Of a stretch of 64,000 nt of DNA, positions 23,917-37,211 are shown piece after piece (the first letter of the stretch is position 1; each line of letters opens with the position of its first letter). The notes below the pieces were generated by a model. It was given only the letters and a program-made list of their open reading frames with translations, was not told where the DNA came from and did not search any database. This DNA is from Macrostomum hystrix (lineage: Eukaryota; Animalia; Platyhelminthes), in assembly GCA_950097015.1 (NCBI GenBank), contig CATNEN010000038.1:10850001-10914000 (forward strand), in the 5' to 3' direction. The position numbers and the translations under genes are program-made.

Positions 23917-26900
23917 ACAATCAATAGAAAGAATAGAAAGCAGCAAGGCACAGCAGAACGGGAACAGGTGTGGTGCACCCGCGCTGGAGACTTCCTAACT
24001 GAGTTTGATAGAGAATCATTAGGAACCCGGAAAGTGGCTTTCTGTCGGAATAGTAAATTCATTCATACATCTACTTTGCGTATTCAACCCAAGCAGCAAA
24101 GCGGGCCACCTACCATCCAGCTTCTTAAACTGCTGCATTCGCAAAGGAGATTCGAGCGCTGCGATTGACATGCTAAGAGCGACAGTTTCAAACAAATGCA
24201 CCCGTTTAATCTGTCCGATTCTTCAGAATGACCACTTCTATACTTAGTCTATATTGACACAACACGCGAAGAACTAGCTGTCCTAGACACAAAACATATC
24301 TCAGATAAGTCGATACCAATTAAAAACATTTTATAAAACCATGGCAAAACTTAATCAAAAGCACCACCAGTATTATTCGCGAAGACATACCAGAAATTTT
24401 AGGTACGTATAAAAATAAATCAATGTTGAGATCATTGCAGTCTGATAGTCAGACTCCGTTGATACCGAGTTCCGAGCTTTGTGCTTTCCAACGACGGAGG
24501 GATTTCTTAACAGAGCTCGAATCTGCATCTGGAAAGACTTCGAAAGAGAAAATGAAGAATCCACCAACTCGTGCGTTCGCTGTCATGAAGCTGAACCCAG
24601 AGCGACTGGAACTTGGGTGCAATGTGATCTTTGTGATTCGTGGCTGCACCATGAGTGTGCATCGAAAGATATGAACCAGCGCCACGCGTCCAACGGCTAT
24701 ACGTCTGCTGCTGTGCCGAGCACACAGCAACGCGATAGCTGGATGGATCATGCACCAAGAAGTGCAGCTAAAAAATAAGCTAATTACAAAAGCTTCTTGC
24801 TTAAAAATATGTCAATTCTGTAGTTTTTGTTATAACAACAAGTCAATTCTGTAAAAAATTATACTACCGTTTTGCATGTAAAACTGTGAATAATCTAAAG
24901 CTGCAAAATATTGTAAGGCTTATGTAAAATAGTGGCCTTTGTGGCACTAAAACACTAAAACGTACAAAAAGCTTAAAAAATAAACAAAAATCTTATAAAA
25001 AACTGACTAAAATTATATTAAAGACTTTTTGTGAAAACTCTGCCTAAGCCAGTCCCAAGCCATGGTTTCAAAAAGAGGAGGGCTCACGAAAAATATGCCA
25101 AAAGCAATAATCTTAAATGATATTAGGCAAAAATCGAACAAAAAAAACTAAAAAAAACTACACACTACAGAAACAATAGCTCCTTCTAAACCTCTTTTTT
25201 CAGCTTCTTCAGAAAACTTCAGAAATTTTACAGCCGTGTTCACAGATATGTTTCCTTCCAGATCTGAGTTTGCAGCTTCTTTTGACCACCAAGATTCAGT
25301 TAGGTGACGAAAAGTACTTTTGAAATGAAAGATATCAGAGTTGGGGGGACTCGAGGGTCTACAAATCCGAGACACGACTAGTCAGCGCTCTGAAATTTTA
25401 CAGTCATGTTCACAGATAATGTTTCCTTCCATATCTTTGCTCTCAGCTGTATATGCGAAGCGCAAACGCTGATCAGGTTATATTTTTAGTCTTGTTTGCT
25501 GAAGTTTACGATGATTATAAAAATAAGAAATAATACAAACACACTGAGTGAGATGAGTTTTGAGTTGAGATTTTAGTAGTTGTGATTTTTAATAAACCGC
25601 TCTTTGTATTTGTTTACTTGCTTGGATTTTCAATTTTGTTTTATTTTAAGAAAAAATTTATTTGGTTAGAAAACTTTGTGAAAATTAACGATTTTTGTTT
25701 TTGTGGGTGTTGTATGTGTGTGTGCAAGTCCGTCGATATTTTTTTATTTTATTCGCAATAATGATATTTTCGGACCGATATATAAGTATTTCATCTGTTA
25801 TAAGTATTTTTATTAGTTGCTTGTCGATTTTTATTGGCTATAACATAACTTTTTTTCTGGTACTGGTTCTGGTACTGGTTCTGGTAGCCGGTAGGCCTAG
25901 GCCTACTGTGAGTATAGACGTATTATTACCCCTGCTGAATTTTGACACACGGCACAATCCCGCAGAATTTGGACATGACATTTGATAGGCCCTAGTCATC
26001 ATTTCATTGTTTCCTATTGTTTAAAAATATTTGCCTATGTTTTTGCATCAATTTAAAATGAAAATTTTCTGAAAAGCTCAAAGCTGTTAACCTAAACAAA
26101 CAATTCTAAAAGAATGCCATGCATTTCAATGTGGTTTAACATGTAGAATATAATGCAAAAAATCACATATATTTGTCTATAGGAAAAAGTTGACTAGCTT
26201 GCTGTTAGCTAGGGTAGGCCTATTAGATATACCCTACATTCTACAATAGAGGAATACTATTTCCTAGGCTAAAGTAATTTAATTTTGCAGGAGACCATTC
26301 TAGGCCCCTAGAACCTATTTTGAAATGGTGTTGAAAAGCATTCAGCAACATTAGCTAAAAATTATATAAGGATAAGTTAAATACTGACATAAGACATAAC
26401 TATAACTATAGCCTATATTGAGAGCTGCCATGCCATGCATTTTGGTAACAGTGCATTCTAGTATTAGTCAGTGCTTTTTAATTACAATTGGCCTAGAGCT
26501 CTTAGGGTGGGGGCTGCTTTTTGCTAGGGCCTACCATCTGGTCAATTTTGAAGCAACTTGGAAACTTGTTTTATCTACCTTAACTAGTTTTAATAGACTT
26601 GTTTTACTTTAACTAAACAACCAATTCACCTCATTAATGTAGGACACTTAAAATGTTAGAAGTTAACTTCCTTACTTCTTAAAATTTTCTGAAAGTAAAC
26701 AAATTTTAAGACAAATCTCCAATTCATAAGCAAAAATCGGTCTTTATAATTCATGCTAGTAACTAGTTTTGACTCAAAACTACTCTATCAACAATCAAAT
26801 GCGTGTTATTGTTATGGTTTAAATATAACATATATAAAGTTAAAATAAAATTATGGCAACAATAAGTAGTAGTAATAGTACAAATAAATGAGTATTAATC

Positions 26901-27017
26901 ATATGTACCGATTAAGAATAACAAAGTTTAAATTAAGAGAATCGATTCCATAATGTTTCATTCATGGCTAAATAAAGTAATAATTTTGTCTGATATTTCC
27001 AATCAACAGCCAATCTG

Positions 27018-30000
27018 ATGCTACCCCAGCAACAGCAGCAGCAGCATGAAGATGAGTCGGCATTATTGTTGCCTCCGCCTCCACCAGCGCCATTAGCTGC
27101 TGGCGGTGGTAGGTCGTCTGGTACTTCAGTTCCGAACTCCAGATCTGGTGGTAGTCATGCCTCAAAGTCGCCAAAACCGCCTAAGCCTCCAGACAGGCCA
27201 CTCATGCCCTACATGCGGTACAGTCAGAGAGTGTGGGATCAGGTACGGTTTTTGTTTTATTTATTGTTGATAAAACAAAAAAACAACTATTAGAGTACTT
27301 CTTAAGTTTATAAAAATATTGATCTAGATCTTGATGTTAGTAATTGAGTACTTTAATAATATCCAATCATAGTATTAAAAATATGCCACTTAGATTACTT
27401 TGTAAGATCCCAGATACAGACTATTTCTAAGATCCCAAACTGATTATTTCAATGATCCCAAACAGAGTATTTCAAGATCCCACTTAGACTACTTATAATT
27501 TAAGATTCCAATTATTGATAAGATTAAAAGTCCCTATGCACTTAAATTTTCCAATCAATACTTAAAGCTCTTGTCAGTTTCGTACCGAATTAAAAAAATC
27601 AACTGTGTAAATCGATTGTGCAATAAATTTTCCCAAATTCCCAACCAGGTTAAGCAGACTAATCCAGGTCTGAAATTCTTCGAGGTCGGCCAGGTGATTG
27701 GTCGAATGTGGCGCGAACTAGACGACGAGTCCAAGCGGCAGCTGGCTGCTGAATACGCCGCCGAGAAGGCGTGCTACGCTGAGGCTATGGAGCGGTACAA
27801 GCAGTCCCCTGAGTACTTGGACTACTTGGCGGCCAGAGAGCGAGAAAAAGCACTTGCAGAAGCTCAACAGGAGCAGGACCGAAAGCAGCAGCAGCAGCAG
27901 CAGCATTTGTTACAGCAGCAGCAGCAGCAGCAGCAACTGTTGCACGCCATGTTAGAGACATCATCGGATGCCGGAATTGTGAGAGACAACAATGTTGCAG
28001 TGAGTATGGGCACTTTAGTATGTGCTTTACCTGTCAATCCCCATGTCTAATCTACCTTCCAGTACCCATATCTAATCTACCTGTCAATCCCCCATAATCT
28101 ACCTGTCGATTCCTATAGTCTACCTGTTAATCCCCCATAACCAACCTGTCAATCCCCCATAATCTACCTGTCGATTCCTATAGTCTACCTGTTAATCCCC
28201 CATAACCAACCTGTCAATCCCCCATAATCTACATGTCAATCCCCCATGATCTACCTATCAATCCCCCATGATCTACCTGTCAATCCCCCATAATCTACAT
28301 GTCGAATTCTATAATCTACCTGTTAATCCCCCATAATCAACCTGTTAATCCCCCATAATCAACCTGTCAATCCCCCATAATCTACATGTCGATTCCTATA
28401 ATCTACCTGTTAATCCCCCATAATCAACCTGTCAATCCCCCATAATCTACATGTCGATTCCTATAATCTACCTGTTAATCCCCCATAATCAACCTGTCAA
28501 TCCCCCATAATCTACATGTCGATTCCTATAATCTACCTGTTAATCCCCCATAATCTACCTGTCAATCCCCATAATATACCTGTCAATCCAAATTAACTAA
28601 TGTAGCCGGCCCACATCCGGCAGCCATCTGTTTCGTCAGCCAATGAACAATCCCCAGCCGTCAGTGACAGTACGATTAGCAAGAAGATCAACATTATCAA
28701 AGACGTGGTTGAAGTCGACGACTACGACGACTGCGAAGATTGGACAGACGAGGCTCGGAGTATTCGCCGCCAAGCAGCTGCTAGGTATCGCCGAAATCAC
28801 CGCCTGCTAATGCAGCTGCTGTCGTCCGAGTGTTTGCCGCCTCTGCCGCCGCCGCCGCCGCAGGCCCTGCTCAGCGTGATGTCGCCGCATCGGCAGCATC
28901 AACTGTTTCTGTTGGAGCGTCGGTTGCAGACTGCGGCGTTGGAACTGCGCCAGCTCGAATCTGCTGGCGAGTCTCGCCTGCGTCGGTTCCGCACGCTGTC
29001 TGCAGCCCACGCCGCGGCCTGGTCGCGCTCATCCGCCACCGACGCGGCCGAGGCTGCTGCCAGCAACAGCGCGGGTGGAGATGCCGGCTGTGCGGTTAGA
29101 TTTATCGGCGAGATTGTCGGACCAGCCAGTCCACCGCCTCCTCCGCCCCTGAAGCAACAGCAGCAGCAGCAAGTACAAGTACAAAAATATTAAATATTAA
29201 TCTTTTTCACGAATACATAGACCAACGTATTCTGCACATATTGTGCCAAGTCAGTTTAAGTCGGCTTACCAGTTCAGAATTTCACTAAAAGGAAGCTATA
29301 TATTTTTTTATCGTACAAAATTTCTTTGTAATTCTCAACACTTCACTCTACTCTACTCTCTTCAACTCTCTACTCTACTCTCTTCTCCTTAATCCTCCTG
29401 TCCTCTCTAATTTACTCAACTCTACTCTCCTATCTACTCTGCTCACTATTCTCAACTCTACTCTCCTCAACTCTACTCTCTTCAACTCTACTCTCCTTAA
29501 CTCTACTCTACTCCCCTCAACTCTACTCTCTTCAATTATACTCTTAACTCTACCCTACTCAACTCTACTCTCCTCAACTCTACTCTACTCTTCTCCCTCT
29601 CTTCACTTTATAAAAACTCCGTGTTGCTACCTATTTTCTTCTATTGCCAAAAAATTGTTCAATAAAAAAAACAAAAAAAGAATATGATTGTATCACACAA
29701 GTTACAAATATCTGTCCGAGTTTATTAACTTCCCGGCTAATTACCCGGTGAAAATTGCTATGTGACCGGGAAATCCGGGTACTCTCATTTCCTAGGAGTG
29801 TACTATTATTGAGAAATGTGTCCCAATGCAGGTTCAGCAGCATCAGTCTATGCCGCCGCCGCCGGCTCCGCCAACAATGACCCAATCGCCGTCGCCTAGA
29901 AAGCGAGCCAAGCAGAAATCGGCGAAGGAAGCAAATTCGGCTGAATCTGCGCCAGACTCGGCCGGCCCTAGCGGCAGGTCTAAAACTAGTCCGCCCGGTT

Positions 30001-30230
30001 CTAGGAAGCGAAAGCAGAAGCAGCAGCCGCCTAATCCTGTTGAATTTTCGCTCTCGCCGGCTTCGTCAGCTGGCATGTCAAGTGGCGCCCCTGTCAGTGT
30101 CAGTGTGCCGTTTCAGCTAGGTCAGCAGCTATTCCAATCAAATCAAAATGGCGTCCTGTCACTCGCTTCACAGCAGCAACAGCAGCAGCAGCGCTTCCAG
30201 CTGCACATACAACAGGTGCCGCCGCAGTAG
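27018..30230 (+). CDS. SMARCE1: SWI/SNF subunit BAF57/SMARCE1-like HMG-box protein. Exons 27018-27242, 27649-27999, 28606-29172, 29832-30230 (~513 aa).
   Basis: [29 protein letters not shown] box..[16 protein letters not shown], plus the NHRLI-type motif [12 protein letters not shown]. All junctions are GT-AG in phase 0. Confidence 0.88.
28030..28590. repeat. 21-22-bp intronic minisatellite (ATAATCTACCTGTCAATCCCCC) with ~65-bp higher-order unit
   Basis: Fills SMARCE1 intron 2. Confidence 0.92.
29340..29605. repeat. CT-rich low-complexity repeat (CAACTCTACTCTC)
   Basis: Degenerate tandem repetition in SMARCE1 intron 3. Confidence 0.8.
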
Positions 30231-30561
30231 GAATAATTATTTGACAGCCAAATAATTAACTTATTTTAATTGTTTTTGCTCAAACTCTTTTAGGTTCTAT
30301 TTTTTTAACTGGTCTATAAATTGTTTTGTCTTCCTATATTATACCCTTTTTAAAAGTCTTTGTTCGTCTTTACGTTGTGCTTTTTTCCCTATGTTTTACC
30401 ATCTTGGGTCCCCTGTTCCTAGGATCAGTATATCCAAAATGTCATTGTTCTCACTTGTTCTGTTTTGTTTGTTTTGTTAAAATTCGTCTCATTGTTGTTA
30501 AATCATTGCTTTATCTTAGTCTCAAAAAATTATTGGTCAAAATTGTTTTCCAATTCACTTT

Positions 30562-31085
30562 GCTCAAAGTCTTTGTTTATCCCAAATCCCTTGGCTTTAA
30601 AGTATTTGTGTTTGCCAACTCCAATGACTCAAAAGTCTTTGTTTATCCCAAATCCCTTTGGCTTTAAGGTATTTGTGTTTCCCAATTCCATTGACTTAAA
30701 AGTCTTTGTTAATCCCAAATCCCTTCGGCTTTAAAGTATTTGTGTTTGCCAACTCCAATGACTCAAAGGTCTTTGTTTATCCCAAATCCCTTGGCTTTAA
30801 AGTATTTGTGTTTGCCAACTCCAATGACTCAAAGGTCTTTGTTTATCCCAAATCCCTTGGCTTTAAAGTATTTGTGTTTGCCAACTCCAATGACTTAAAA
30901 GTCTTTGTTTATCCCAAATCCCTTGGCTTTAAGGTATTTGTGTTTCCCAACTCCAATGACTCAAAAGTCTTTGTTTATCCCAAATCCCTTCGGCTTTAAG
31001 GTATTTGTGTTTCCCAATTCCATTGACTTAAAAGTCTTTGTTTATCCCAAAATCCAGGGGTTCGAAAGTCTTTGTTTATCCCTAA
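30562..31085. repeat. 66-bp tandem repeat
   Basis: Repeated AAAGTCTTTGTTTATCCCAAATCCCTTGGCTTTAAAGTATTTGTGTTTGCCAACTCCAATGACTC. Confidence 0.92.
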
Positions 31086-31699
31086 CCCCATGGTACAAAT
31101 TTATTCGTTTATCCCAAATCCATTCGTTGCTATTTTTTTCCACTCCTTTGTCCCCAGCACAATTCAAAAGTTTCTATTCATACATAGGCCATTAAAATCG
31201 TAGTTTTCTGTATTGATAAGGCTATATGGTTGAAAGATCAGTTAATGTTTTTCACCAACAATTGGCTTATTGAAGATTCCTAAAATTTATGAAATAATTG
31301 TTTTGCCTTTTTCCATTATTGCTTTAAGAAAAAACAATAACTATATTAAGAATTATATGATGTAGATTTTTGTATGAAAAACGATTTCACTACATGGGAT
31401 AATTACTTAGATTTGTGAGAATTTTTCTAAAAACTATACAAAAAATATTCCTTCTCCTTCTTACTTTGATCGCTTCCAAGATAAATGCCTTTTTTATTTT
31501 TTTCCTGTTTTGATTTTTTACCTAAAGAAAATCTAGTTTTCCAGTTTTGCTCAATATCGTTTTTTCATTGTGCAATATTTACCATATGGTATGCCTAAAT
31601 AAAGCCTTTAGTTATTACCTGTTGATTTTCTTTTTGTGCAGTTCTTATTGTCAATTTTCTTGGCATTTGTTACGCTGCGTCAGTTTTTTGGCCTGAGGA

Positions 31700-32748
31700 A
31701 CGGGTGAGACTGGATTGTGGAAGGGGTGAAACTGGATTGTGGAAGGAGTGAGACTAAATTGTGGAAGGGGTGAGACTGGATTGTGGGAGGGGTGAGACTG
31801 GATTGTGGAAGGGGTGAGACTGGATTGTGGAAGGGGTGAGACTGGATTGTGGAAGGGGTGAGACTGGATTGTGGAAGGGGTGAGACTGGATTGTGGAAGG
31901 GGTGAGACTGGATTGTGGAAGGGGTGAGACTGGATTGTGGAAGGGGTGAGACTTGATTGTGGAAGGGGTGAGACTGGATTGTGGAAGAGGTGAGACTGGA
32001 TTTTGGAAGATGTGAGACTGGATTGTGGGAGGGGTGAGACTGGATTGTGGAAGATGTGAGACTGGATTGTGGGAGGGGTGAGACTAGATTGTGGAAGGGG
32101 TGAGACTGGATTGTGGGAGGGGTGAGACTAGATTGTGGGAGGGGTGAGACTAGATTGTGGAAGGGGTGAGACTGGATTGTGGAAGGGGTGAGACTAAATT
32201 GTGCAAGGGTTGAGACTGGATTGTGGAATGGGTGAGACTGGATTGTGGGAGGGGTGAGACTAGATTGTGGAAGGGGTGAGACTGGATTGTGGAAGATGTG
32301 AGACTGGATTGTGGGAGGGGTGAGACTAGATTGTGGAAGGGGTGAGACTGGATTGTGGAAGGGGTGAGACTGGATTGTGGGAGGGGTGAGACTAGATTGT
32401 GGGAGGGGTGAGACTGGATTGTGGAAGATGTGAGACTGGATTGTGGGAGGGGTGAGACTAGATTGTGGAAGGGGTGAGACTGGATTGTGGAAGATGTGAG
32501 ACTGGATTGTGGGAGGGGTGAGACTAGATTGTGGAAGGGGTGAGACTGGATTGTGGAAGAGGTGAGACTGGATTGTGGAAGGGGTGAGACTGGATTGTGG
32601 AAGAGGTGAGACTGGATTTTGGAAGATGTGAGACTGGATTGTGGGAGGGGTGAGACTAGATTGTGGAAGGGGTGAGACTGGATTGTGGAAGGGGTGAGAC
32701 TGGATTGTGGAATGGGTGAGACTGGATTGTGGAAGGGGTGAGACTAAA
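31700..32748. repeat. 22-bp minisatellite (GGGGTGAGACTGGATTGTGGAA)
   Basis: Direct tandem repetition. Confidence 0.96.
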
Positions 32749-33090
32749 TAGAGAGACGAAAGACAAAGGACTAGCCGCGCTCTAACCAAATGGTGTCAGA
32801 ATCCATTATTCCAGATAATTTTATTGAGACTACAACACAACACATTTAATCAGCCGGACAATATTCTCCCATGGCTTTTTTATGTCCTTCAAATCGAACA
32901 TAAAGTTGTCCTATTTATTTCTTCCGCTACAAAGATAAGCATAAATGAAGTCCTTCGCCCATAGACAAAATGGCCCGGTACAGTTTAGAATAACAAAACA
33001 AGAAAGCAAGCTTGCTAAAATAAGACTGCAACTCAGCTGCCCTTAGAGTGCTTCATTTATTTGTAGTTAGAAGCTTTCAGCAGTCAGAAA

Positions 33091-34612
33091 ATGCGTGAAA
33101 TAGTACACATTCAAGCCGGCCAGTGCGGAAATCAAATCGGCGCCAAGGTAAGAGATTGCATAACCAAATATCCCTGCATTAGAAACATGTCAAATCGTGT
33201 CAATATATAACGCAAAAATACAATCTAGACTGTACTCCGCCACCCTGACAGTTCTGGGAGGTGATCTCCGATGAGCATTGCATCGACCCCACTGGCACCT
33301 ACCACGGCGACTCGGATCTGCAGCTCGAGCGCATCTCCGTCTACTTCTCCGAGGCCACCGGAGGAAAGTACGTCCCTAGAGCCGTGCTGGTTGACCTGGA
33401 GCCCGGCACAATGGAAAGCGTCCGTGCCAGCGCGTTCGGCATGCTGTTCCAGCCCGATAACTTTGTGTTTGGTAGGAGCGGTGCCGGAAACAACTGGGCC
33501 AAGGGCTACTACACTGAGGGCGCCGAGATTGTCGATAAGGTGATGGACGTCGTCAGGAAGGAGTGCGAAGGCTGCGACTGCCTCCAGGGCTTCCAGCTCT
33601 GTCACTCTCTAGGCGGCGGCACCGGCTCCGGCTTTGGCTCGCTGATGCTCAGCAAAATACGGGAGGAGTACCCGGACCGCATCATCGAGTCCTTCTCGGT
33701 GGTACCATCGCCCAAGGTTTGTCCAGTTAGTATTTTGTTGAAGTTAACACGGACCTGCATATTTACCGCGACAGAGATACCGTTTACACGTGGTTTCAGG
33801 TATCAGATACTGTGGTGGAGCCCTACAACTGCATGCTGGCAATGCACCAGCTGGTGGATAACACTGACGAGACCTTCTGCATCGACAATGAGGCTCTCTA
33901 CTACATCAGCTTCCACACTCTGAAGCTGTCTACCCCGAGCTACAGCGACCTGAACCACCTGGTGAGCGCGGCAATGTCCGGCGTCACCACCTGCCTGCGC
34001 TTCCCCGGCCAGCTAAACGCCGACCTGCGCAAACTGGCCGTGAACATGGTGCCCTTCCCCCGCCTGCACTTCTTCATGCCCGGCTTCGCACCGCTGATGG
34101 CTCGCGGCAGCAGCTCCTACAAGCAGGTGAACGTGGCCGAGCTCACCTTGCAGATGTTCGACGCCAAGAACATGATGGCGGCCTGCGACCCCAAGCACGG
34201 CCGCTACCTGACCGTGGCTGCCATCTTCCGAGGGCGCATGTCCACCAAGGAGGTCGAGGAGCAGATGCTCAACCTGCAGAACAAGAACAGCTCCTACTTT
34301 GTGGAGTGGATTCCCAACAACATCAAGACTGCGGTGTGCGACATTCCACCACGCGGCCTGAAGATGTCCGTCACGTTCATCGGCAACTCCACCTCCATCC
34401 AGGAGCTGTTCAAGCGAGTCTCCGAACAATTCAGCTCAATGTTCAAGCGGAAAGCCTTTTTACATTGGTACACAAACGAAGGCATGGACGATCACGAGTT
34501 TATGGAGGCTGAGTCCAACGTCAACGACCTGGTGTCCGAGATGCAGCAGTACCAGGACGCCACCGCCGATGATGAGGGCGAGTACGAGGAGGAAGAGGAG
34601 GAGCTGGAGTGA
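33091..34612 (+). CDS. TUBB: Beta-tubulin (divergent isotype). Exons 33091-33147, 33252-33716, 33800-34612 (444 aa).
   Basis: [53 protein letters not shown] and an acidic tail. Introns are canonical and phase 0. Confidence 0.98.
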
Positions 34613-36793
34613 TTAGCGCCTTGCCCGTCATTTTCCCCATTTTTGCGTGATTCGCTAGTACGAGTTTGTCAGACATGAAACTGGCATGATTAGTCTTTCA
34701 TTTCTGTCTGTAAATTCACTGCGGCATTTAAATACACTGGTATCATTCTTAGAATACCTAGCAGGGATTGTAACAATAGCTTATCAATTGCTATTTCACT
34801 GATGGTCGCAATCAAATTTGTGCCTCGTGAATTTTCAGAATTCAGAATTCTCAGAAATTTTTCTGGGTACAAATTAATACAGATTTGAGCTGTGTTTGTA
34901 ATTCTGCATTCTTCTTCAATTTTTATCGCAATCGAAGCAAAAATTCAGAATATAGCCTGTAGAATCGTGACAGACAAGCGGGCTGCTTTATGAATCTTAA
35001 ATTGTAGAGTGCAGAATTACGGTACTTTTTATTTTAACCAATCATGCGCTAACTACTCTACTCATCCGCTTAGTAGTATTTTTAGAACATGCGAATTAGA
35101 AAACATACAAGTACAACATGTGATTCATTTTACTAAAAATGGAGAATCGAATCAATCAAAAATCGTGTGACTACTATTAATAGTATCCAATCAATTTTTA
35201 TGTCATAAGCAACCAGCGATCCCACCAATCATGTTACCCAAAATCAATCAAAAGGTCAAGAAAGCGATAATCCATCATTTTTGCGCTTCTACTAGTTTAG
35301 TTGTAAAAAAGTCTAACCTCTCAAGTTGTCAAGCGTTGACCCAGACTTTTTGACACCATTTTGACACCTGTCATTTGAACGCACTCATCGAACCCGAGAG
35401 GGTCCGATTCTCTATGAATACAAGAGCTCCGAAGCGAGCCCAGATTCAGAGTCTCGCCGAGACGAGCAGAGTCTCGCAGAAAAGAGAAAACGGAGAGTCT
35501 GAAGTGGATCGGACTCCAGGTCCAAGACTTGTGGTAAGAGTTCCTTGAATTAACCTAATTAATTAATTATTAATTAGTAAAGCTTCTTGAGCTAAGTTAA
35601 ACCTCTCCGAGTAATCGTTAAACCAACGATTACAGCGTAATCACAGACGTGTGATTACATTGAATATATTACAAAGGGTGAGCGCCAGACTCGTGGTAAA
35701 ACCTACCAGGGCTGGTAAGAAGGAACACACTCCACAAGTGACTATTGGTTAACCGACATCAACGATAAATCAGAATCAGGAAGATACCACACCTGATTAC
35801 TATTGGCCCAGTGTAACTGCAACCGAGACGAGGAGAATAGATCAAATTCTCTTGCATTCAAACGATCCGGGTACCTGAAAGACAACCAGAAACCAAGCGC
35901 ATCAAAGCACTCGAAGCCGGCCGCAAACAAACAAAGAGGACCAGACAGAGAACCACAAAACCAAAGAAGGTAAGAACTAAAACTTCTGCTAAATTAGTAT
36001 TAATTACTGGGGCACCCAGCAGTTGTTGGAAGTGATAAATTCCTAAAAGAGAAACAAGGAACTTATCAAAATTTTATTTGACACGAGAACAATAAATGGG
36101 AAACAATGGAAAGACACTAGGGACCAGAATGTTTCCTCGAACAGCTAAGCCAGATAGAGTATAAAATCTGGTTCGTTTGTCGAGTTTAGCCTTTACCGTG
36201 ATTTCCCCAGCCCACCGGAATGATCCTTGTTTCGTTCTCTTCACCTTGCCCAGCGACTTGACCTGTTCTTGACCTTGAGTAAACCCTTGAGATGAATTGC
36301 TTCATAACAGCTACGTAGCCCAATAAACACAGCATTTAGCTTTAAAGTTTTAAACAACTCAGAGCCTACATGGCTGCTCTCAGACTCTAAAAGAACTTTC
36401 ATGTACTTTTACCTAATGGTCCTGTAATATACAGTAATATATAAGAGAGTAAATGAATCCTGGATTCTGTATGTACGCGTTCATACGAGTACAAGCTGAA
36501 ATAATCCAAGTATTTGTGAGCAATACACGGCGAGAATGTTGGGCTAAACGTACATGACAGGTTAATTGCCGGCTATTTCGCTGTGGACAAATCAATCAAA
36601 GGTCTAGCAAACCAGGTGTACGTGTACGGTGGTGTTGCTATCAAAGGGGCCATTCATGAAGACTGGGCAGTTGTTAATTTTTTTAAACAGGAATAAAAAG
36701 TGAGCCTTATCAGTAGTTTAAACAGTAGTATATATCCGTCTTCAAGTCTTATTTTCGTTCTTCATTTGCGCTGAATCAACTCAGTCAGTTGTT

Positions 36794-37190
36794 TTAGTTT
36801 TTGAAAAGACCGAATATTTTTCCACGCTTGACGTTTGTGGAAAGCGTCCTCAATTCAGCGCACGAACTTCTCCCAGCTGGCGTCGGTCTCGATGGCCGCG
36901 CCTCTACAGCTGCATCGCCGTGCAGGATCTGCCGGCAGGCGCGCGAGTTCCCGTTGAACAGGGCGGCCTTACAAGCGGGGTTCAAGGCACAGAGGGAAAC
37001 GCAGTGAATTCTGCCGGCGACGACCACCTCGCTGCCGGGGCAGTAGTAAGGAGCAGCCTGAGGAGTCTCTGGCTATAGGCATGACGGCTTTGTTGAAGCT
37101 GCTCACGGCTCCGCTGTAGGACTGCAGCCCGGACTCGCAGATGAAGCCGTAGATCGAAGTGCACACTCCATCCACCAGCATCAGCTTGGT
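36794..37190 (-). pseudogene. Fragment of a C-type-lectin + PAN/apple domain gene
   Basis: LVDGVCTSIYGFICE (end of a CTL domain), then a frameshift into CVSLCALNPACKAALFNGNSRAC (PAN-like). The 5' side is occupied by retroelements. Confidence 0.5.
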
Positions 37191-37211
37191 GGATACATGC
37201 GAGGATCTTCT

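Larger units (their letters stand above)
22510..25925 (+). mobile_element. Decayed NOF/MULE-like DNA transposon with PHD-finger remnant
   Basis: Inverted termini GTCTATACT..CCAGTACCAGAACCAGTACC / GGTACTGGTTCTGGTACTGG..AGTATAGAC. Coding remnants LRESSPY, YYSPKLLVYLLKH..LAPLF, RVEFYLRTVK. PHD-like CVRC..WVQCDLCDSWLHHEC at ~24570-24660. Many stops. Confidence 0.55.

Noticed and set aside
31680-32789. 369-aa Ser/Pro/Thr-rich ORF
   Set aside because: Translation of the 22-bp satellite.
33225-34429. Antisense ORFs over beta-tubulin
   Set aside because: Shadow frames of a high-GC3 coding sequence.
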